This document shows, piece after piece, positions 24,940 to 37,196 of a stretch of 64,000 bases of DNA. Numbering within the stretch: position 1 is the stretch's first letter; the number at the start of each line of letters is the position of its first letter. The position numbers and the translations under genes were made by a program. This stretch comes from Octopus sinensis. Its lineage: Eukaryota. Where the stretch lies: the NCBI RefSeq assembly GCF_006345805.1, contig NC_043010.1:6820001-6884000 (forward strand), in the 5' to 3' direction. Below the pieces are notes generated by a model that saw only the letters and a list, made by a program, of their open reading frames with translations, did not search any database and was not told the origin of the DNA.

Positions 24940-24974
24940 AAAAGACTGTGTAGATAAAACTTGCTTACAGGCTA

Positions 24975-25310
24975 TTATAATAATAATAATAATAATAATG
25001 GAATTATTGTATATAGTGCTCAGGTGCACCACAACTTGTCAAAAGTGCATATAAAGCATATGAAGTAATATACAAATGTTTGGAAAGTGAACAATGTATG
25101 AGTTAGATACATGCTTGCGTGTGAATGGAGGGGAGAAAATCAGGTGTAGTGTTGGCGAATCTCAGAAAGCATGGAAGTTTTGAAGGATGCAGTGCTCCGA
25201 CAACTAACAACTGATGCCAGCAGTTTGTTCCATATTTCAGCAACTCTTAGCGTGAAAAAATGTTTCCGAAAGTCATGGGAGCTGTGCTGTTTTCTGACTT
25301 TGTAAACCTG
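24975..25310 (-). mobile_element. 5'-truncated CR1-type LINE 3' end
   Basis: ORF2 end YKVRKQHSSHDFRKHFFTLRVAEIWNKLLASVVSCRSTASFKTSMLSEIRQHYT* (stop 25140-25142) fits R..FF..RV...WN.LP..VV....FK; (ATT)n tail. Confidence 0.85.
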
Positions 25311-28300
25311 TTGTAGGGGGTCATGGGAGCTGTGCTGTTTTCTGACTTTCTAAACATGTTGTAGGGGGTCATGGGAGCTGTGCTATTTTCTGACTTTGTA
25401 AACCTGTTGTAGGGGGTCATGGGAGCTGTGCTGTTTCCTGACTTTGTAAACATGTTCTAGGGGGTCATGGGAGCTGTGCTGTTTTCTGACTTTGTAAACA
25501 TGTTGTAGGGGGTCATGGGAGCTGTGCTGTTTTCTGACTTTGTAAACATGTTGTAGGGGGTCATGGGAGCTGTGCTGTTTTCTGACATTGTAAACATGTT
25601 GTAGGGGGTCATGGGAGCTGTGCTGTTTTCTGACTTTGTAAACATGTTGTAGGGGATCATGGGAGCTGTGCTGTTTTCTGACATTGTAAACATGTTGTAG
25701 GGGGTCATGGGAGCTGTGCTGTTTTCTGACTTTGTAAACATGTTGTAGGGGGTCATGGGAGCTGTGCTGTTTTCTGACTTTGTAAACCTGTTGTAGGGGG
25801 TCATGGGAGCTGTGCTGTTTTCTGACTTTGTAAACATGTTGTAGGGGGTCATGGGAGCTGTGCTGTTTTCTAACTTTGTAAACCTGTTGTAGGGGGTCAT
25901 GGGAGCTGTGCTGTTTCCTGACTTTGTAAACATGTTGTAGGGGGTCATGGGAGCTGTGCTGTTTTCTGACTTTGTAAACATGTTGTAGGGGGTCATGGGA
26001 GCTGTGCTGTTTTCTGACTTTGTAAACATGTTGTAGGGGGTCATGGGAGCTGTGCTGTTTTCTGACTTTGTAAACATGTTGTAGGGGATCATGGGAGCTG
26101 TGCTGTTTTCTGACTTTGTAAACATGTTGTAGGGGGTCATGGGAGCTGTGCTGTTTTCTGACATTGTAAACATGTTGTAGGGGGTCATGGGAGCTGTGCT
26201 GTTTTCTGACTTTGTAAACATGTTGTAGGGGGTCATGGGAGCTGTGCTGTTTTCTGACTTTCTAAACATGTTGTAGGGGGTCATGGGAGCTGTGCTGTTT
26301 TCTGACTTCGTAAACATGTTGTAGGGGATCATGGGAGCTGTGCTGTTTCCTGACTTTGTAAACATGTTGTAGGGAATCATGGGAGCTGTGCTGTTTCCTG
26401 ACTTTGTAAACATGTTGTAGGGGATCATGGGAGCTGTGCTGTTTCCTGACTTTGTAAACATGTTGTAGGGGATCATGGGAGCTGTGCTGTTTCCTGACTT
26501 TGTAAACATGTTGTAGGGGATCATGGGAGCTGTGCTGTTTCCTGACTTTGTAAACATGTTGTAGGGGATCATGGGAGCTGTGCTGTTTCCTGACTTTGTA
26601 AACATGTTGTAGGGGATCATGGGAGCTGTGCTGTTTCCTGACTTTGTAAACATGTTGTAGGGGATCATGGGAGCTGTACTGTTTCCTGACTTTGTAAACA
26701 TGTTGTAGGGGATCATGGGAGCTGTGCTGTTTTCTGACTTTGTAAACATGTTCTAGGGGGTCATGGGAGCTGTGCTGTTTCCTGACTTTGTAAACATGTT
26801 GTAGGGGGTCATGGGAGCTGTGCTGTTTTCTGACTTCGTAAACATGTTGTAGGGGATCATGGGAGCTGTGCTGTTTCCTGACTTTGTAAACATGTTGTAG
26901 GGGATCATGGGAGCTGTGCTGTTTCCTGACTTTGTAAACATGTTGTAGGGGATCATGGGAGCTGTGCTGTTTCCTGACTTTGTAAACATGTTGTAGGGGA
27001 TCATGGGAGCTGTGCTGTTTCCTGACTTTGTAAACATGTTGTAGGGGATCATGGGCTGTGTGTTTTCCTGACTTTGTAAACATGTTGTAGGGGATCATGG
27101 GAGCTGTGCTGTTTCCTGACTTTGTAAACATGTTGTAGGGGATCATGGGAGCTGTGCTGTTTTCTGACTTTCTAAACATGTTGTAGGGGGTCATGGGAGC
27201 TGTGCTGTTTTATGATTTTGTAAACCTGTTGTAGGGGGTCATGGGAGCTGTGCTGTTTCCTGACTTTGTAAACATGTTGTAGGGGATCATGGGAGCTGTG
27301 CTGTTTCCTGACTTTGTAAACATGTTGTAGGGGATCATGGGAGCTATGCTGTTTCCTGACTTTGTAAACATGTTGTAGGGGATCATGGGAGCTGTGCTGT
27401 TTCCTCCTGACTTTGTAAACATGTTGTAGGGGATCATGGGAGCTGTGCTGTTTCCTGACTTTGTAAACATGTTGTAGGGGATCATGGGAGCTGTGCTGTT
27501 TCCTGACTTTGTAAACATGTTGTAGGGGATCATGGGAGCTGTGCTGTTTCCTGACTTTGTAAACATGTTGTAGGGGATCATGGGAGCTGTGCTGTTTCCT
27601 GACTTTGTAAACATGTTGTAGGGGATCATGGGAGCTGTGCTGTTTCCTGATTTTGTAAACATGTTGTGGGGGATCATGGGAGCTGTGCTGTTTCCTGACT
27701 TTGTAAACATGTGGTAGGGGATCATGGGAGCTGTGCTGTTTTCTGACTTTGTAAACATGTTGTAGGGGGTCATGGGAGCTGTGCTGTTTCCTGACTTTGT
27801 AAACATGTTGTAGGGGATCATGGGAGCTGTGCTGTTTCCTGACTTTGTAAACATGTTGTAGGGGATCATGGGAGCTGTGCTGTTTCCTGACTTTGTAAAC
27901 ATGTTGTAGGGGATCATGGGAGCTGTGCTGTTTCCTGACTTTGTAAACATGTTGTAGGGGGTCATGGGAGCTGTGCTGTTTCCTGACTTTGTAAACATGT
28001 TGTAGGGGATCATGGGAGCTGTGCTGTTTCCTGAATTTGTAAACATGTTGTAGGGGGTCATGGGAGCTGTGCTGTTTCCTGACTTTGTAAACATGTTGTA
28101 GGGGATCATGGGAGCTGTGCTGTTTTCTGACTTTGTAAACATGTTGTAGGGGATCATGGGAGCTGTGCTGTTTCCTGACTTTGTAAACATGTTGTAGGGG
28201 ATCATGGGAGCTGTGCTGTTTCCTGACTTTGTAAACATGTTGTAGGGGATCATGGGAGCTGTGCTGTTTCCTGAATTTGTAAACATGTTGTAGGGGATCA

Positions 28301-30212
28301 TGGGAGCTGTGCTGTTTCCTGACTTTGTAAACATGTTGTAGGGGATCATGGAAGCTGTGCTGTTTCCTGACTTTGTAAACATGTTGTTGGGGATCATGGG
28401 AGCTGTGCTGTTTCCTGACTTTGTAAACATGATGTAGGGGATCATGGGAGCTGTGCTGTTTCCTGACTTTGTAAACATGTTGTAGGGGATCATGGGAGCT
28501 GTGCTGTTTTCTGACTTTGTAAACATGTTGTAGGGGGTCAAGGGAGCTGTGCTGTTTCCTGACTTTGTAAACATGTTGTAGGGGGTCATGGGAGCTGTGC
28601 TGTTTCCTGACTTTGTAAACATGTTGTAGGGGGTCATGGGAGCTGTGCTGTTTCCTGACTTTGTAAACATGTTGTAGGGGATCATGGGAGCTGTGCTGTT
28701 TTCTGACATTGTAAACATGTTGTAGGGGGTCATGGGAGCTGTGCTGTTTTCTGACTTTGTAAACATGTTGTAGGGGGTCATGGGAGCTGCTGTTTTTCTG
28801 ACTTTGTAAACCTGTTGTAGGGGGCATGGGAGCTGTGCTGTTTTCTGACTTTCTAAACATGTTGTAGGGGGTCATGGGAGCTGTGCTGTTTTCTAACATT
28901 GTAAACCTGTTGTAGGGGGTCATGGGAGCTGTGCTGTTTCCTGACTTTGTAAACATGTTGTAGGGGATCATGGGAGCTGTGCTGTTTCCTGACTTTGTAA
29001 ACATGTTGTAGGGGATCATGGGAGCTGTGCTGTTTCCTGAATTTGTAAACATGTTGTAGGGGATCATGGGAGCTGTGCTGTTTCCTGACTTTGTAAACAT
29101 GTTGTAGGGGATCATGGAAGCTGTGCTGTTTCCTGACTTTGTAAACATGTTGTTGGGGATCATGGAGCTGTGCTGTTTTTGACTTTGTAAACATGATGTA
29201 GGGGATCATGGGAGCTGTGCTGTTCCTGACTTTGTAAACATGTTGTAGGGGATCGGGAGCTGTGCTGTTTTTTTCTGACTTTGTAAACATGTTGTAGGGG
29301 GTCATGGGAGCTGTGCTGTTTTCTGACTTTGTAAACATGTTGTAGGGGGTCATGGGAGCTGTGCTGTTTTCTGACTTTGTAAACATGTTGTAGGGGGTCA
29401 TGGGAGCTGTGCTGTTTTCTGACTTTGTAAACATGTTGTGGGGGTCATGGGAGCTGTGCTGTTTTCTGACTTTGTAAACATGTTGTGGGGGGTCATGGGA
29501 GCTGTGCTGTTTTCTGACTTTGTAAACATGTTGTAGGGGGTCATGGGAGCTGTGCTGTTTTCTGACTTTGTAAACATGTTGTAGGGGGTCATGGGAGCTG
29601 TGCTGTTTTCTGACATTGTAAACATGTTGTAGGGGGTCATGGGAGCTGTGCTGTTTTCTGACTTTGTAAACATGTTGTAGGGGGTCATGGGAGCTGTGCT
29701 GTTTTCTGACTTTGTAAATTGTTGTGGGGGGTCATGGGAGCTGTGCTGTTTTCTGACTTTGTAAACATGTTGTAGGGGGTCATGGGAGCTGTGCTGTTTT
29801 CTGACTTTGTAAACATGTTGTGGGGGGTCATGGGAGCTGTGCTGTTTTCTGACTTTGTAAACATGTTGTAGGGGGTCATGGGAGCTGTGCTGTTTTCTGA
29901 CTTTGTAAACATGTGTGGGGGGTCATGGGAGCTGTGCTGTTTTCTGACTTTGTAAACATGTTGTAGGGGGTCATGGGAGCTGTGCTGTTTTCTGACTTTG
30001 TAAACATGTTGTAGGGGGTCATGGGAGCTGTGCTGTTTTCTGACTTTGTAAACATGTTGTAGGGGGTCATGGGAGCTGTGCTGTTTTCTGACTTTGTAAA
30101 CATGTTGTAGGGGGTCATGGGAGCTGTGCTGTTTTCTGACATTGTAAACATGTTGTAGGGGGTCATGGGAGCTGTGCTGTTTTCTGACTTCGTAAACATG
30201 TTGTGGGGGGTC
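25272..30212. repeat. 48-bp tandem satellite, ~103 units, derived from CR1 ORF2 plus flank
   Basis: Unit gtcatgggagctgtgctgttttctgactttgtaaacatgttgtagggg; 4941 bp / 48. Confidence 0.98.
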
Positions 30213-30266
30213 CTTCTCTATAGTCTGTGATTCCCTCGCTGTATCATTGAATCATGGAGAACTTAC

Positions 30267-30320
30267 CACAGTTCTTCTTCTGCTCACCTCTTCTCCTTTT
30301 GTCTTTGCTTTGCTTTTTGG
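30267..30320 (-). CDS. Candidate 54-nt internal exon (phase 1-1: xKKQSKDKRRRGEQKKNC)
   Basis: Branch-like tactaat, acceptor gacaaag|, consensus donor TG|gtaagt; length divisible by 3; purine-rich. Confidence 0.35.
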
Positions 30321-30904
30321 CTTTGTCACAAAAATTCAGTGTTCATAAGAGATTAGTAACTAATGGTCATTTTCAATTTGTTTTCTCCAGTAATGTTAAA
30401 AGTAGTAAGATCAATTGAATATATACATTACAGCTAGATGTAAATGGTATATATTTCACTAAGATATTTTCTAATTCCAGCTATCTAATTATTTTTGTCA
30501 TTGTAATTTCCTATTCTTTTCATTATCATGCTCTGCTGATACTTTTCTTTTACCACACCAGACACACTCAGTTTCTCTCTCACCCATTCTCTTACTTTTA
30601 ATGCTAATTTACATATTTTATCATTAAATACATTACATTTCTCCTCTCCTGCAGTGTTTTGGCTTTATCTTTCAGTCTCATTTCACACTTAGGTGCTAAT
30701 TGCTTTTGGGGAAAGGCATGAACGTCCTAACACCCATTCCCACCCACAAGGCGGAATGACAGATGAGTTTGACTATGAACAGTAGTAAAGCAATTGACTT
30801 TATTTATTACTCTTCTGTGAAATAAATACACTATTGATCGAAAGATGTGTGCATGTGTGTTTGTGGAAATACATGTATAAATTTACACATGTATATGTGT
30901 GTGC

Positions 30905-30906
30905 AA

Positions 30907-30980
<74 letters not shown>

Positions 30981-30997
30981 ATATATATTATATATAT

Positions 30998-31028
<31 letters not shown>

Positions 31029-31049
31029 TACATATATACATATATCGTT

Positions 31050-31114
<65 letters not shown>

Positions 31115-31440
31115 GATAGATAGATAGATAGATAGATAGGTAGATAGATAGATAGATAGATATATATATATACATATATCGTTTATATATATATATGCAA
31201 GCACATATATATGTATGCATATATATGTATATGTAAGCATATATATATGTATATATACACATATATGTGTGTATATGTGTGTATATACATGTATGTAAAT
31301 ATATATATTTATATATATATGTGTGTGTGTATCTATATATTTGTGTGTATATATATGTATGTATATATTTGTATATATATATATATACACACATACACAC
31401 ATACATATATGTATTATGTATGCATGTATGTATATATGCA
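30905..31440. repeat. TA/GATA/TG compound microsatellite
   Basis: Directly visible. Confidence 0.95.
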
Positions 31441-32315
31441 AGAGAAAGGTAGATAGACAGATAGCTAGACCGATAGACATACAGACATGCATACATACTG
31501 AAAGGAAAAGAGATGCACACAAACACATTTTTATCAGGTATTGATTATTCTTAGAAACTAAAAAAATAGTAGTTTGAAGTGTTTTTATTGCTAGTAAATA
31601 TTGATATTGTTGAAGAGTCTTACTGCGTTAAATAAAGACACATCAAGTCAAGATGAAGCAAGTTTAATGAAATTTTGTCATCTTTCAAATATTCCCTTTG
31701 GGACTTGTGTAGTTAAAAAGGCTATAAGATGTCCTTCAGAATCAACAACAGTAGCTCTAGGCCTTTGATTTTTGTGTTGGTATACTCAACATGAGATTAA
31801 GTAATTGACTTTTTAGATAGAATAGTCATTGGGTGGAAAATGTTTTTCCTATTTCATGATATATTCTAGTCTGGTGTGAGATTTTTGGGAGGTTTTTTTT
31901 ATGTAAAAACATTTTAAGAAAGTCTGGTGTAGAATATTTTAAGCTTAATATATTACGAACAATATATAACATCAAATATGTGAAATGTATTGCTAATGAT
32001 ACAAAATATGTTGATTTCTAAAATCGTTACAAAAACAACTTTGGTTGGAACAATAATCACATTAAGTCAGATAAGTTTTATTTTTTAATAAAAACTACTG
32101 TGTTAGTCCCATTGTGCACAGTGTTGGTTTCTCTCAGAACAATATTTAAGCCTGATAACTGTAGCTTTAAATGATAAGATGCCTGTAATCTTAAGTCAAT
32201 TTCTCTCTGATTGATACAATATACTTTAAGATGATTAACTGGGAATTGTAGAATGAAAATTTCAGTCAAGGTGAAAGCAAATGATGCGTTAAAAAGTATT
32301 ATAATAATGATAATA

Positions 32316-32520
32316 ATCCTTCCTACTCAAATTTTGTGGGAGGAGACTTGTCGATTATATCAACCCCCAGTGTTTCACTGGTACTTAATTTATTGATTCT
32401 GAAAGGATGAAAGGCAAAGCTGACCTTGGTGGAATTTGAACTCAGAGCACAAAGACAGGCGAAATGTATAATAATATTATTAATAATAATAATGATAATT
32501 ATAATAATAATGATGATAAC

Positions 32521-32586
<66 letters not shown>

Positions 32587-32860
32587 TATAACCCTTTCTA
32601 CTATAGGCACAAGGTTTGAAATTTGCAGGGAGGAGATAAGTCAATTACATTGACCACAGTACTCAACTGGCACTTATTCTATCAATCCCAAAAGGATGAA
32701 AGGCAAAGTCAACCCCAGCAGCATTTGAAACAAGGCCTTAAATTTGGGGAAGGGAACTATAAATTGTATCAATGCCACCACTTGATTAGAACTATATTTT
32801 ATCAAGCCTAGAAGAATGGAAGATAAAATTGATCTCACTAGGATTTGAAGCTGTAATATA
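32316..32860 (-). mobile_element. Three consecutive family C SINE fragments with an (AAT)n tract at 32470-32588
   Basis: Repeated aggatgaaaggcaaag..atttgaa blocks. Confidence 0.75.
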
Positions 32861-32877
32861 AAAAGAAGTGAAACATA

Positions 32878-33048
32878 GGCGCAGGAGTGGCTGTGTGGTA
32901 AGTAGCTTGCTAACCAACCACATGGTTCTGGGTTCAGTCCCACTGCGTGGCATCTTGGGCAAGTGTCTTCTACTATAGCCCTGGGCCGACCAATGCCTTG
33001 TGAGTGGATTCGGTAGACGGAAACTGAAAGAAGCCTGTCATATATATG

Positions 33049-33081
<33 letters not shown>

Positions 33082-33274
33082 TTGTGTGTCTGTGTTTGTC
33101 CCCCTAGCATTGCTTGACAACTGATGCTGGTGGCGGTTCGGCAAAAGAGACCGATAGAATAAGTACTGGGCTTACAAAAGAATAAGTCCCGGGGTCGATT
33201 TGCTCGACTAAAGGCGGTGCTCCAGCATGGCCACAGTCAAATGACTGAAACAAGTAAAAGAGTAAAAGAGAGTA
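32878..33274 (+). mobile_element. Family A SINE, full length, inserted into a family C copy
   Basis: ggcgcaggagtggctgtgtgg...gtaaaagag; the C-type sequence resumes afterwards (aaggcattttg). Confidence 0.92.
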
Positions 33275-33989
33275 ATATATTACAAGGCATTTTGTATGAT
33301 ATTCTAATGAGTCTACCTATTTCTTTCGTAAAGTTACTATCTAAGGTATTCATGAAAAATAATTCATCATGTTGATGCAATGTCATATAAAAGGTAATAA
33401 AGAAATGAAAACTAGCAATAATATATAAAAGGTGTTTTATTTCATTGTTAACTAAATACTGTCAGTAAACTGGGAAGCATGAGAGTTGGGTCCATAAACA
33501 GAATCCTACAGCACAACATATTGATCTGCAGACGATAATGTGTTGCAAATTTTTAGACAGAGAAACAAAATTGGAAATGTGTTTACGACAGTTTTAAAGA
33601 TAATGTCATTACAGACATCATTTTAACAACCCTGTATGCTGAACTTGACCAAGACTTGAGGTCTGTCAAGCTCCAACGTTTTTATATATTTCTTTCCATA
33701 TGCAATATTTAGGAAGCCAATATTTCAATTTATTGCACACTGCTGAGATGAAATGAAACTTATTCAAATATATTATGACAGCAAACCTCATAGCCAGGTG
33801 GAGAAGTTTTTGTTAGGTTTATAGGAATATCCCCATTTGCTGCAGTTCCATGCAAATATAATTATCAGCCAACATTTATATCAATTTTGTGCTTTTTGTT
33901 TTGCCTATTAGATGATTTGTGGTAGATATATTCTAATAGTTGTTATCTTCACCCATGTCAAAATCCTAGCAACAACCACGTACAAAGAT

Positions 33990-34190
33990 CCATGTATGCA
34001 TGAGTGTGTGTGTTACTGTCTTCTTGTCTTGTCATCTTGTGATAGTTGTAAGCAAAAGTCACTATCATGCATGTTCTGCCCTTCATTTCCAATCTTCCAT
34101 AAAAGTATGTCCGGTCACGGGGAAATATTACCTTACTTGGAAACAGTTGAGGGTTGGAAATAGGAAAGGCATCTGCCTCAACAAATTCTA
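33990..34190 (+). mobile_element. Family D-related remnant
   Basis: ccttacttggaaacag..gggttgg..aggaaaggcatc, the inverse of 9400-9560. Confidence 0.55.
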
Positions 34191-35074
34191 CCCAAAAATT
34201 ATAATTGTAGAAATAATCTATTCGTAAGTGTAATCTAAAAAATTTGTGACTATAGGAAACCAGATACAAAAGTGAATATATTATAAATAATTTGTTTTAC
34301 ACAGATCAAAGTTCTAGATTTGTAAGAGAAAGAAAATACAGTCTAGGTTTATGCCTTTCTGAAGAACATTAGTGATCTAAGTAAGGTGAAATGTCTACAA
34401 CTGAGATACGAAAACTGTATCCATACACAGCACACTAGGAGGCTAATAATGTTAGGTTAAAAGAAATTTATTAACAACAGCGAATGGTGAAATAAAGCCA
34501 TTATCAAAAATGTTAATGTGTTTTGCAAATATTTCTTTTAATGCATGAACTCATTATGTCAAGAACTACATAGAATAACACTCATATCCAATATTTTCAT
34601 GACATGTCTTTTATGTAAAAATACTCTAGACAAAGTAGAGTTTATTGAATTAATATTGTTTCTTAAGAATCTGAATTACCTTGCCAGTAAGTTACATTTT
34701 GGTCTTAGTAAAAACAAGTACTTAAAAATATAAATTCCCTCACAAAGAGTTAAGTAAATATTTATTATTAGAATATGAACATTTTTCCGAGATATTAACA
34801 CAATATATGGTTGCTTGAAAGAGTAATAAATCCTACTATATGAAATATGACACAATGTATAAAAAAAAAATAATAAATAGAATTTTTAAAAACAAAGTAA
34901 TAAAGAATAATGTTGAACATTATTAAGATAAATCACTATATCTTTGAGAAGGAAAACAATTTCAAATGTGAACACATCTTCTAATATGGGCTACTGCAAT
35001 CCTGAGATATTTCAGTAAGAAAGCATGTATCAATAGATTAGAGGACAACTTAAGAAAAAAAATTAAGACAATAA

Positions 35075-35800
35075 GGGAGATTGTTCTTGGTTACTCAAGT
35101 TGCTAGAAATAGCAGCTATATCTCCTTCCTCCAAACTATAAATCTAACAACTTAACAAGAAGAAAGGGATACATTAAATAATGTAGTCCAATAAATGTAC
35201 TCTTCCTTTTATCTTTACCTTTTACTTGTTTCATGCATTGGCCTGCAACCATGCTGGAGCACTGCCTTAAAGGGTTTTTAATTGAACAAATCAAATCCAG
35301 TAGCTATTTAAAGTTCGGTACTTATACTATTATCTCTTTTGCTGAACAACTAAGATATAGGGATGTAAACAAACCAACATCAGTTGTCAAGTGGTAGGGA
35401 TAGAAACAAATGCAAAGTCACTCATGCACACACACAAAAGTTTGTACACACATATATGTGATGGGCTTCTTTCAGTTTCCATTGACCAGACCCACTCATA
35501 AAGATTTCATAATTTCAGGGCTACAGCAGAAAACACTTGCCCAAATTGCCTCACAGTGGGACTGAACATAAAACCATGTGATTGGGAAGCAAACCTCTTA
35601 CCACACAGCCATGCACTGCACTGCTGTTTGAAAAATAAGATGAAAATAAAAATACAGATGGTGCTCCAGCATGGTCACACCTCATGAGCTGAAACTAGAT
35701 CAAATCAAATCCTAAACAATGGCGTGGTCATAGGAACTTGAACACATTTTGATCACTGGTCAGCTTGAACAGTATTAACCTTGGGTTCATTAACAACTTG
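35075..35800. mobile_element. Family E repeat (+) interrupted by an old family A SINE (-, 35198-35615)
   Basis: gctagaaatagcagc..ggatacatt, then A-type tail-to-head, then gtcataggaa..tttgatca.. Confidence 0.65.
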
Positions 35801-36136
35801 GTAGAATAGCTATCATTCAAACATATTTGATCGTAAATAAAATGCTATAAATAAAAAATTCCAATTAATTACTGCGATGATATCTATTAATTAAGTTCTC
35901 TCTCAAAGTACACAACTCTTTGAACTATATGTTACACAAGTAAACAAAACTTCATAGATAAACTCAATCGGATGCTAAATATTATTACAAGTTCTGAGAA
36001 GAAATCTAAGAATTCAGCTGTAAGTAAATTTTAATTTCTTTTTTCCCCATTTTCCGAATACCTATAAAGACAAGTATAAACGTTTGTCCCTTAGCAACAT
36101 ATATTTATTATTTATCATTCACACTCGAAAATTTAC

Positions 36137-36453
36137 AGCCGTGGTTGTTGTAGTAAGAAGCTTGCTTCCCAACCACATGGTTCTGGGTTCACTTCCACTG
36201 CGTGACACCTTGGGCAGGTGACCTCTACTATAGTCTCATGCCAACCAAAGTAGATGGATACTGAAAGAAGCCCATCGAAAATATGTGTGTGTGTATGCGT
36301 GTCTTTGAGTCTGTGTTCCCCCCACCACCATTGCTTGACAGCCGATGTTGGCAGTTCAGCAAAAGAGACTGATAGAATAAGTACCAGGTTTACAAAGGAT
36401 AAGTCCTGAGGTTGAATTCTTCAACTAAAACCCTTTAAGGCAGTGCTCCAGCA
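36137..36453 (+). mobile_element. Family A SINE, diverged
   Basis: aagaagcttgcttcccaaccacatggttc...gtgctccagcatg. Confidence 0.8.
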
Positions 36454-36893
36454 TGTAAGATAAAAAAAACTAAGAATTAGCTTTGGTAAATCTTTAATTT
36501 CATGTTGAATGTATGAGCACATAGCATCGATATGATTAAGTGATCTTTTGTTATCTATTAGAGTGCTGAAGTCTCCAAAACTTGACATTAGGTATGGCCT
36601 GGTGTTCAGCACAACAGCAGTGGTCAGCAAAAAATACATTGTATTGAGCATCTATTATAGCAGAGTTGGACAGAATGTGTCCAGAGATCTTTATTTTGTC
36701 TAATATTTATACCAGAGATGTTTTGAGTTTTCATGAGAAGTCAGGTGTATGGACCAGGATGAATGTGAAGCTCTTTCATAAACCAGATTTCAGCAGCACA
36801 ATGAAGAATGCTTTCTTCACAAAATTTGGCCATCAAGTATTTTGAAGGCAACAAGGCTGAACACTAGAATGAGGCAAATTGTGAACAAGCTTA

Positions 36894-37196
36894 TCTTTAT
36901 ATATAAAAGTGAAGTTGTGTGAGAGTCTGTCTCCTACGATTTAGATTCCTAACTACTCCCACATTTTGCAGTGCAGTTTAACCAAAACCGGGTATCTTAT
37001 AGTCGTGATTCATATCGAGCCCTTCTGGGTATTAGCGCGCATCTACGATGAGTCTACAATTTAAAAAAAAAAATTACCATAATTTTTTCCCATTTTTGAT
37101 GTATTTTTTGCTATTATATAAGGGAAGTAACTCTCTAAAAATGCTTATATAGTTATTTCCCTTACAAACCCGAGCAACGCCGGGCGATACTGCTAG
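36894..37196 (+). mobile_element. Non-autonomous Helitron (303 bp)
   Basis: Inserted between A and T; 5' TC(tttatatataaa); 3' GC-rich hairpin cccgagc-aac-gccggg (37169-37184), then CTAG; no TSD. Confidence 0.85.

Noticed and set aside
25457-29163. 430-663 aa ORFs as a reflectin or mucin gene
   Set aside because: No reflectin motif or signal peptide; the ORFs follow from the 48-bp periodicity and switch frame at indels.
25272-30212. CRISPR-like array
   Set aside because: Units are contiguous with no unique spacers, there are no cas genes, and the context is eukaryotic. The same applies to the 41-bp array.
30693-30788. Plus-strand stretch VLIAFGERHERPNTHSHPQGGMTDEFDYEQ**
   Set aside because: Short, and opposite in strand to the better exon candidates; cannot be separated from chance.
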